A stretch of 64,000 bases of DNA from Bigelowiella natans CCMP2755 (lineage: Eukaryota; Protista; Cercozoa): positions 4,806 to 68,805 of the forward strand of contig ADNK01001514.1 of assembly GCA_000320545.1 (NCBI GenBank), in the 5' to 3' direction. Within the stretch, counting starts at the first letter, position 1, and the number at the start of each line of letters is the position of its first letter. The notes beneath the pieces are model-generated. The model made no database searches and was not told where the DNA came from. It worked only from the letters and a program-made list of their open reading frames with translations. Below, piece after piece: positions 15,221 to 24,214 of this stretch. The translations under genes were made by a program, and so were the position numbers.

Positions 15221-15465
15221 GCTACTAACAGTGTAGAAGTCTGTAACAATACCGATGGACTTGGTAGTGTTGGCCACGGAAGATGAACTGGTCGGGTTTG
15301 CAGTTAAGGTCGGTGAGGACGTCGGAGATGCTCATCGATCCACGCAGGACGACGACTATTGCGCCCATTGCCTGATCAACTGCAACGTAGTGCACAGGGC
15401 GATGAAGGCCTCCTTTCGCATCGACGTGGATCTTACAAGAGGAGGTGGGGGAGGGGAAAGCAGCA

Positions 15466-15499
<34 letters not shown>

Positions 15500-15615
15500 C
15501 AGTGATATTAATGAAGTATAAAGTGGTAGTAAAAATATATGAGCGTTCTCTGGAATATGAGGAGTTGTGCATGTTCGCAGATTTTTGTTGCTGTGCATTA
15601 GCTTGCTCTCAGTTG

Positions 15616-15660
<45 letters not shown>

Positions 15661-15680
15661 GTCTCTCTCCCTCTCTCTTT

Positions 15681-15742
<62 letters not shown>

Positions 15743-17268
15743 ATTTACCACATCAGTTTCTTGCAGCCCGGTGTATTGTGATACAAAGTTCTGAAACCTG
15801 TTGGTATGACGCCATCATTATTATTAGTACTATTACTACTGTTACTGGGATGATGAAGCCTGCGACGTTAGGTGAACAAGGTTACGTAGTACTTATGTCC
15901 CTCTTTATCAGCTATCATTCTTGACATACTTCGTGCCTACGTCCAAGGATATATTTGGCGAATGAGAATGTGGTTGACTATTGATGGATGGACTGATGTA
16001 GCAGTAGTAGTTGTTGCGAAATGTCCCGTATTCATATTTTTGCCTTTCACATATGATTAATCAACCATGAAGCCGACGGCGAGCTTGCCATAGCTTGCTG
16101 AGCAGTATCTCACGTAGTGCCTGCGAGTAAGCAAGGAGGAAGAGCTATCATTTATGATGAAACACAGCTTCCACACATAAAGTGGGTTCCGCCATCCATC
16201 ACCGTCATCATCGTCATTTTGTGCATGATATTTAAATACCGCAGCAACTGAAGTTGTTCGAGAGTTACTGGATCTTCCATATTCTCGAGAAGCGCCTGCT
16301 TAGGCTGTCGACTCATCGAATACTGTTAAGATGGGGAAAACGAGTAACAAACGGCAACACAGCAGCAGCAGCAGCAGCAGCAGTCGTCAAACTGAAAGTA
16401 CATCGTTCTTGTGAAAACATATTTTTCGCCTTTCATCTTTCTTCAATAATTCTAATCAAGCAATTCAGGTCTCGAAGGTATAAATGAGCATTGAGATCGC
16501 AAGAACAGTTAGCGATGTGAAACCCGTAGAAGCCAATAGATGAAGTGAGTTCTGGAGACATGGGGAGGGAGATACTCCCAAAATTCGGATAAAATAGACG
16601 AGAACCTTTCACGAACGTATATATAAATAGTAAATATTGGCTCAGATATAGGAGTAGCTATAATTTTAACCCGTCGATAACGGAACTTCTTTCTTCCGGA
16701 GAAGCTTTGCCATCTTTTCCCATCAAATGGATCAGGACCTCGCGAATGGCGCTTGCGGTGTCAGAGGTTCGCCTCGCTGCCTGCAATAGGTATGATTAAA
16801 ATCTCAGATTCTGATGCTGCTCATGCGTTGTTCTGCTTTACATCCATCACTGCCTCTGTGGCTGATTTTGCGAGCTGGTACCCCTTAGATGCCAACTGAT
16901 GAAGGTGATATGATGACGACAGGGGTGAAAGATAGTACTGCTACAAATTATAACCTTCAAACATACCTTGTAGCTTGAAGAGAGAAAACTTGATGCTCTG
17001 TGGAGAAGCGGACTGTTTGACCTGCGGGAAATAAACATTGCTTCTTCCTTTCTGTGTGAATGAAGGGGGAACTGTTTCATTTTTACGTTGTCGTTACGGA
17101 AGCTTGCTCCATCTCTTCAACAGAATTGCCGCTACTTTCAATCAATGTTGTTGCCATTGTAGTAGAGGCTACGAAGTTTGTCTCTTCCAATTCTTCTTCC
17201 GGTCGCTCTACCCCCGTTTTCCCTTCCTCCACGCAGTGCACGGCCCTCCCTCTCTTCGCTTCGGCCAT
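11336..17268 (-). CDS. Lipase class 3 (diacylglycerol-lipase-like alpha/beta hydrolase), multi-exon; start uncertain (16700-17270)
   Basis: Exons encode HYVRYCSASYG (~16100), HYVAVDQAMGAIVVVLRGSMSISDVLTDL (~15350), VVVGHSLGAGVG with the GxSxG nucleophile (~14590), CFAFGTP, VTTVVVGDDVIPRLS (catalytic Asp region), RLFPPGK and FDEIVLSWSMFLSHLP (catalytic His region). Long Ser/Thr-rich insert at 12490-13770. Confidence 0.88.
13490..13556. repeat. ~30-bp coding tandem repeat (about 2 copies, SKNS(D/S)DPLTA)
   Basis: ttgctcgcggtaagtggatcgctactattc followed by ttgctcgcggtgagtggatcgtcactattc and ttgctcg. Confidence 0.8.
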
Positions 17269-17664
17269 CCTGTCAACGTTTATTTCACCATCCCCCTGGT
17301 GCGAAATGTGTTAAGACAGTTAGGCTGTCGGGGCGCACCAGTGCCTTCGAAGTGGAGAAGAGGGGGGGTCGAATAGCTGTTCGCTCTCTGTTTTATTTGT
17401 TCGATCGTCCAAAAAAAAAGAGAACGATGAGGAATACCGATGAAACCAGGGGGATTTTTACTCAAAATAGTCTAAATATGTTGTCGCAGGATAAATTCTC
17501 CATCCCTTTCGGATCTAAATCTCACTCCAGAGCACTTCGCGCCAACGAAGGAAGGCAACTTTGGGGAACCTAGATCTACTCGTAAACTCTCGACGCTGCC
17601 CCGCTCCTCCTCCATGCGCTGGACAATCAAAAATACATAATAGAGTTGAATAAGACTTGTCGCA

Positions 17665-18606
17665 ATGGGTACTGACACATCAAGATACTATGGCTTCTTC
17701 TTCCCAGCGGGTGAGAACGAGATGATGAAATCAATCCTGTTCGAGAAGGAAGTTTTGACCATCCTCTTCGAGCAGCAACGTACAGAGTATTTGAAACAGC
17801 GTTTGAAGACCATTCTTTGGCGTATACGTAATTTCCGCCATGAGACGCGAGTGTCAGCTGAGATGAGTAAAGACGGGTTATTGATGAAAGTTTCAGAAGG
17901 CAGGGGGCGTCAAGTGAAATTAATAGGATGGGAAGCGCACTATCTAAAGTATCTAAATTCCGATTTTAGAGAAAAGACCATAAACTATTACAATTTCTTC
18001 GTAGAGATGGCGATAGGCACATCGATGGCCGCACTTTTATTTAAGATGGAGGCGGAAAAGAAACGACTTGACAAGGAAAAGTACACGCGATACAAAATAC
18101 ATTCTAGAGACTCTTTGAAAGATTTCAAAGAATCCGTACCATGGACGAAGGAACACAGTGAGACATGGAGAGCACCACTTATTGATAGAATCCTGAAGAC
18201 AGCCTGTGATATTGCAAATGGCTGGAGGATAGATGCAATCTTTCAACCGAATATTTCCGATAACATCCCCGACAGATTTTCAGCGGAGGTGTATGCATCA
18301 TGCGCAATCGCAAAACGACTTGTTAGAGGTGAAGGTCACAAAATGAGTGAGTACTTAACTGGAAAGGAATTAGACTCTGTGGAAAAAAACATTAAAAAGT
18401 TAGAAGAGAAAAACATTACACAGAGGCTTCTTCAAAATCTTGAAGCAAGTGAAATAGAGGGATATTCTCATGGGAAATCTGATATACCATCACGGGATGA
18501 AGAAGAAGTGGACTCAAAGAAAAAAAAAACCGAAAAGATACAAGGTAGGATGAAGTCAAGGCGAAAGAAAAAGGGTAAAAAAAAGAGGAGAAATAGGAAG
18601 CATTGA
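17665..18606 (+). CDS. Intronless 313-aa hypothetical protein with basic C-terminal tail
   Basis: Uninterrupted ATG-initiated ORF of non-repetitive composition ending KSRRKKKGKKKRRNRKH. No domain recognised. Confidence 0.55.
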   Translation: MGTDTSRYYGFFFPAGENEMMKSILFEKEVLTILFEQQRTEYLKQRLKTILWRIRNFRHETRVSAEMSKDGLLMKVSEGRGRQVKLIGWEAHYLKYLNSDFREKTINYYNFFVEMAIGTSMAALLFKMEAEKKRLDKEKYTRYKIHSRDSLKDFKESVPWTKEHSETWRAPLIDRILKTACDIANGWRIDAIFQPNISDNIPDRFSAEVYASCAIAKRLVRGEGHKMSEYLTGKELDSVEKNIKKLEEKNITQRLLQNLEASEIEGYSHGKSDIPSRDEEEVDSKKKKTEKIQGRMKSRRKKKGKKKRRNRKH

Positions 18607-18739
18607 GCAATCAGTAGACAGGCACAGCTGGGGAGGGAATTTGTGTTTAAAACTCATCCATTGAAAAACTCCAGCTCGCACGTTGTAATGTAGGCAAGGA
18701 TTATAAGGTTTTTCATCTAAACCCAATGGTAACAATCAA

Positions 18740-20300
18740 CTTGTAGCATGTTCTAGCGCTGCCCAACTGTCCAACGACGATGCAGATAACGAAGCAAGCG
18801 CGTGCGATCTAGCGATGTCGATCAAACATCGGAAATTTAGGATCGAATGACACCGATTTGGCACTTCACTGCTAGACTGCTTCAAATGGTTTGCTCAGTC
18901 AATCAGCGCATGAAAGAGCAAACTCAAATTCACATGCAAGATCGTTTCAGATCACCCATCCATTCAAACAAAGCACGTTTAGCTGTTGGGTTGCTCGTAG
19001 CGTTGCGAACTTGCAGCGTCGGGTTCATGTTCTCACATTGCTGGGTGTGTGCACAGCAGGCTAGCAGGCAGTCTAGCTGCTAGGCAGTGCTGATTTGTCA
19101 AGCTCCATCACATCAGCACGGGCTAGCGGGAGCTCCAACTGGTCCAAACTGGGATTGACTGCCACACATGCCACAGTCTAGCTCCACACAGCAGTGCTGC
19201 AGGCTAGCAGGTGGACATTCTAGCATTGAACGAGTGTGCGATGCACACGAACACACTTCTTCGCTGCCTTTTTGTTTTGTTTCAACAAGAAAAATCCGCA
19301 CGTGCTAGCGTGAATCAGAGCCTGCAACAGTGTTGGTGCACGTGGTGCGTAGCTGCACATTTCGACGTGCGTGCACGTGTGTGTGCGTTTTTTGGCGTGC
19401 GTGTGTGTTGTGATGATGGACATGCCAGCATGCTGGCATGGTGATGTGATGTGTGTCGTGTTGTGACCTCTGAGTGCGGAACTGCATCGTGGTCAACTTT
19501 GTGGACAATTCAGGCGCATGCCAAGCGTGCCGCGACCCAATGATTCATTGAAGAACCCGTGGAGCTCGTTTTCTTGTTTTTTTTGGACGATGTTGCAGCT
19601 GTGCGTCTTGTTGTTGTCGACAACATTGTTGCCTGTTGCCAGTTTTCTTTTCTCAACAACTTGCCATCCCCAACAGTCACACCGAAGTTTGGCTTCGAAG
19701 TCCCCGCATCAGTGTCAGGCAGTTCCTTCCACCCCGCTGACACACGCTTTTGGTGATGCTCACCAGATTTGTGATCACTGCCATCCTTCCCGCCAACCGC
19801 AAGCAGCTTGCCATCCCCAACAGCCACACCCAAGCCCAACCCAGATTGACCACGGAAGATTTCAAAAGGCTGAAGCAGTTCTTTGGTTTGTTGATCATTC
19901 GGTTGTTCTCTTTCGCCTCGTCCAAGACGGAACAATGAACAATGAAGTTGACGGAGAAACGAACAATGAACAATGAACAATGAACGAGCACATGCATTTG
20001 CAGGCCTTCAAGATTTCTCGAACAACGAACAATGAACAATGATGAAAAGCTACATCTCCAAAGTGTGAACAGACAGGACACTTGCAATGTGCGAAATGCA
20101 GTGCCTCGAACTGACTTCAGTGAGGACTCTCGAGGTTTCTCCCACATTGAATCACTAGAAGACTTAAGGAAAGATTTAAAAAAGAAAAAGTGGTTTGGTG
20201 TTGTCGCATTCCAAGAATGCCCTGTGTTCACACACGGATGGGCAAACCAACACACGGACATTACCTCTCAAAGCACCCAGCTGCAACTCGCACCTACCCC
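18740..20300. other. TpA-erased, CTAG-sparing intergenic island (strongest in the window)
   Basis: By eye, no TpA at 19352-20050 and 12 TpA at 18841-19351, all followed by G, 9 of them in CTAG. Confidence 0.9.
19930..20041 (+). repeat. (GAACAAT)n heptamer repeats in three short clusters
   Basis: gaacaatgaacaatg...gaacaatgaacaatgaacaatgaac...gaacaatgaacaatg. Confidence 0.8.
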
Positions 20301-20337
20301 ACCACCTCCTCCGCTGTTCTTTCACTGGAGACACATC

Positions 20338-22071
20338 ATGGCGGATCAGCAGGCACCCAAAAAAGACGAAGAGAAGGACGGTCAAAAGCATGATGAGCTC
20401 AACAACAATCTTCTCGGCGCGGCGCAGCACGGACAACTCGATGTATGTGGATGAATGATTTTACTTCACGAGTGTTAAACAGTACCAATATAAATTGTAT
20501 GCAAGTCAAATGTGTTCATGATCTTACTCTTCATGACCGATGTTTATTCTCTGTAACCAATTTTGTTGCTTTACGAGACGAAACTCGAGAAAACAGCAAT
20601 TAATTAATTGGTCACATTGAATAAATTGATTCCCAGGAGCTCAAAAGACTTATTGCCGCCAACGCAGATCCTGCTTACCAGGTTTCCATCTTTTTTTTTA
20701 TCGTCGACTAGTAGAATGGCGGTGGAGTACCGATAACAAATTACATGCAGTGATACATCTAAAAGGAAATCTTTTCATTTGTTATCATCATGCTGAACAT
20801 CAGGAAAAGGAACAAGGGATCAGCGCTATGATGGCAGCTGCGGTGGGGGGTCACTGCGAAGGTAAGCAACAGACAATTTCTACCATTCTATTTTGGATTT
20901 CCGATCCACAACGCCATGGTTTTGCATTGCGTTCATTGTATTTGAACAACTTCGACAGTTATTCATGAACTACTTTGCAATGGGGCTCCCTGGAATGCCG
21001 TTGATAAACATGGCCGCAGCGCAGGTAATTACGCCTTAAAGGCAGGCCATCAGAAAGCTGTTGACCAAATTGTGAACGCTGGTGTCACGGCGGAGCTTAT
21101 ATTTGCACAGCTGGGAAAGAATCAGCGAAAAGGACAGGGTAAGGAATGGAGAAGTTAAGAAGAATCTCAAAATAAGCACACAAACCGCACATGCAGCCGA
21201 ATATAAGTCGTCGAATTTGCCATCGCCAGATAATCAATTCGTACATACAATTATATTTACTACTCCTTCTTCAATCTCTGCTGCAGGTATTGGGAGCAGT
21301 GAAAAAGCGAACAAGGAGAGCAAAGAATATATCGATCGCAACGTCCGTTATAGCCAAGGGAAGCTGCTTGATGAGTCTGAGGACGCTGTGATGATGAAGT
21401 GGGAAACTCCTTTGATGGAGGCTCATGCTAAGGTACTCTGTCCCAAGGAGGGTCTCGACGTGCTCAACATCGGTTTCGGGATGGGAATCGTGGATACAGC
21501 CCTGCAGAAGTTCAAACCCAAGAGCCACACCATCGTCGAAGTCCATGGTGGTGTGCTCAAGAAGATATATGCCGACGGCTGGGATAAGAAACCAGGAGTC
21601 ATCGTAGTCCCTGGTCGCTGGCAGGACGTCATGCACGAGCTTGGGACCTACGATGCGATCTTCTTTGATACGTACGGTGAGTACTACGACGATATGCGCG
21701 AGTTCCACTCCTGGCTGCCCAAGATCCTGAGGGAAGGAGGTATCTACAGCTTCTTTAACGGGTTTTGCCCCGATAACATCATCTTCCAGGGGGTGATGTG
21801 CCAGGTCTTGCAACAAGAGCTTGCTCTGCAGAACATTGCCGTTGAGTTTCAGCAGTGCGACATCGATATCGATGAGAAGGATTGGGAGGGGGTCAAGCGC
21901 AAGTACTTTTGGAGTAATACATACTACCTTCCTATTGGTAGGAAAGCATCTACTGCGTCAAAGGAAGAGGCCCACTCATCAAGTGATAACTCCAATCGCC
22001 GCATGAGCATAGAAGAGGCAGCTCATGGTGAGACCGGCGATGTTAAGGAAGATAGCTCCAGCATTGATTAA
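20338..22071 (+). CDS. RMT2: Protein arginine N-methyltransferase 2 (ankyrin repeats + GAMT-like SAM methyltransferase), 5 exons
   Basis: GT-AG exons give LLGAAQHGQLD|ELKRLIAANADPAYQ|EKEQGISAMMAAAVGGHCE|VIHELLCNGAPWNAVD (ankyrin), then AVMMKWETPLMEAHA, VLNIGFGMGIVD, GRWQDV, YDAIFFDTYGEYY, YSFFNG and KYFWSNTYYLP, characteristic of Rmt2. Confidence 0.93.
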
Positions 22072-22099
22072 AAGAGGAATTGAAGTAGCTTTCCTTGCA

Positions 22100-23245
22100 G
22101 TCCATGTGTGAAATAACAGCCACAAAGACAAGGACGGGCCGGGACTGGCATGCACCGTGCACCTAAGCGCATCATCGGGTTCTCTGTCTACGCACGTGGT
22201 TACGTCGAGCTCATCATTATGATCATGAGAACTGGCTGTCAGTCATTTCCGAGCAGGGATGACATCAGCACATCAAGACATTTCAATCGCTGTGGCAACC
22301 TAGCAACAGACTAATAGACATGGAACCAGACACATGTGTATGTGTGTTAGATTCCTTGTCGGCGCGGTGCATAGTACACGGTGCATGCCATGTAGCTTGT
22401 ACGTGCAGTGCACACCACATCTGTTGCGTCTACTGTTTGCAGTGCAATTCAAATTTGACAGATGCACAATATTTTCTTGTCAAGGCTAGAATGGCGTCTC
22501 ACATCGCTACGTGCATGCACACACTAGACATGCTAGCATGGTAGTAGCGTGTGGCTGACATGACATGATCCAGACTAGCTAGCTAGCAAATGATCGGCGG
22601 AGATTAAATGTTTGATGTCACGCATCTGTGCACAGCCTAGACTACAAGACAGCTGACAGCGAGTGAGTCTAGGGCGTGCTGCGGCTGGCACAGTCTACAG
22701 TCTAGCAGTGCAGCGCGTCGTGCTGTGCTAGCAGCGTGCATTATAAATTGCCATTAGCATGCCGCTGCAAGGCCAGCTAGCCAAACAGTGTGTGCGCATG
22801 CTAGCTAGCTAGCTAGCATGAGACGGCTAACAGACAGATGTGCAATGATTGTGATTGAATCTTTTCAATCGCCATCTTCACTTCATGATGTAGCTGCATG
22901 CTAGCATGTGCGTGCTTGTGTGTGTCATGTGTATGCGTAGTGTGTTTGTGTGTGTGCATTTGAATTCTCCATCTGCATGCACGTGCGCACAGCTAGACAG
23001 CCGCATCGATTTCACTCATTGCAAACCGCAACTTTGCAAATGATGGACGACATGCAATGTGACACATCTAGACATGTGCACATGTGTACACATGTACATG
23101 TACACACATCGTTACTGTGTCTATCATGCAAAGGCTGGGACTAGTGACATGGTGGAATTGCACAGTCCGTTCAGACCCAATTCATCCTGTGCGCTGGCAC
23201 TCCATCTAGCTAGAGGCCTGCTGTGCCCATCACGTTTGCATGTTC
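22100..23245. other. Partially TpA-depleted CTAG/CATG/TGCA-rich intergenic island
   Basis: Dense gctagctagc, catgctagcatg and gtgcatgcac motifs; many surviving TpA are in CTAG. Confidence 0.7.
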
Positions 23246-23249
23246 ATTA

Positions 23250-23611
23250 TGTTGCTCAAATACAGCCGCAACAAGTTGTCAATGAAGTAATCAGCATCGT
23301 TTATTATCGGTTTATTATTAGAAGACCTGGTAACAAGTAGTTTTTCAGTAAGTCCCACGCTAATTCGTTTGTTCTGAATGCTCATTTCTGTGTTGCACAA
23401 AGCAACGTTTGTTGTTTTGATGTCCTATGACTGATTGTACGTCCACGTTTACCTCCTGTAATCCGTATCTAGATGACACAATCTTTCGGAGGATTAAACG
23501 TTATGTGTTGATAATAGAAACTACTTGTTACCAGGTCTTCTAATAATAAACCGATAATAAACGATGCTGACTACTTCATTGACAACTTGTTGCGGCTGTA
23601 TTTGAGCAACA
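23250..23611. mobile_element. MITE (~362 bp) with ~94-bp terminal inverted repeats and putative TA target-site duplication
   Basis: 23250-23343 is the reverse complement of 23518-23611 with one mismatch (gtaatc/gtagtc). Ends are TGTTGC...GCAACA, flanked by TA on both sides. No coding capacity. Confidence 0.85.
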
Positions 23612-23873
23612 TAAGACATAATGGATAATGAGTCAAAGCCAGTAAGACTAGATACATTAGAATACGGTTCTGTAGTGTAGCCTCGCCATGAATGCCGACT
23701 AAAAATCTCTAATTTCAATTAACTACTTCAAGTGTACGTCCCCTGGAAACTGGTTCCTGATGCTAAGACGTTGGGTCGCGATCTACGATAGAATTTACGC
23801 ACTAATCGTTATGCTGCCATAGATAAACGAGGAGATTGACCAGGGAAAGAGACAAAAGCATAAACATGACATA

Positions 23874-24169
23874 CTAACTTAATACTCGTTGTACTTGCAT
23901 ATCACGCTGCGCTACCACCACACGAATGTTTACTACATCATTTCTGCGCCAGCCCTGGAAGAAAAGTATCCAGTAGTTGTGGTGATGTTCATAGTCGACA
24001 TCATCTAAACAGGAAAAAAATGGGTCAGTATTGTTCGTGTAAGTACTACCTATCAGTATCGTTACCAACAAGAAGCTCATAGAGACATACTGCACATGAT
24101 TCTTCTCACAATTAGTAAAATATACAAATTTTACATGACTATAAGCAATTTGCCCCCATCCTCATCCTC

Positions 24170-24214
<45 letters not shown>

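Noticed and set aside
19113-20458. Stack of overlapping ORFs on both strands
   Set aside because: A by-product of TpA absence (no TAA/TAG stops). No recognisable domain apart from RMT2 exon 1.
18740-23245. CpG-methylation decay or fungal-type RIP as the cause of the CA/TG richness
   Set aside because: CpG is plentiful and TpA is the missing dinucleotide; RIP would increase TpA.
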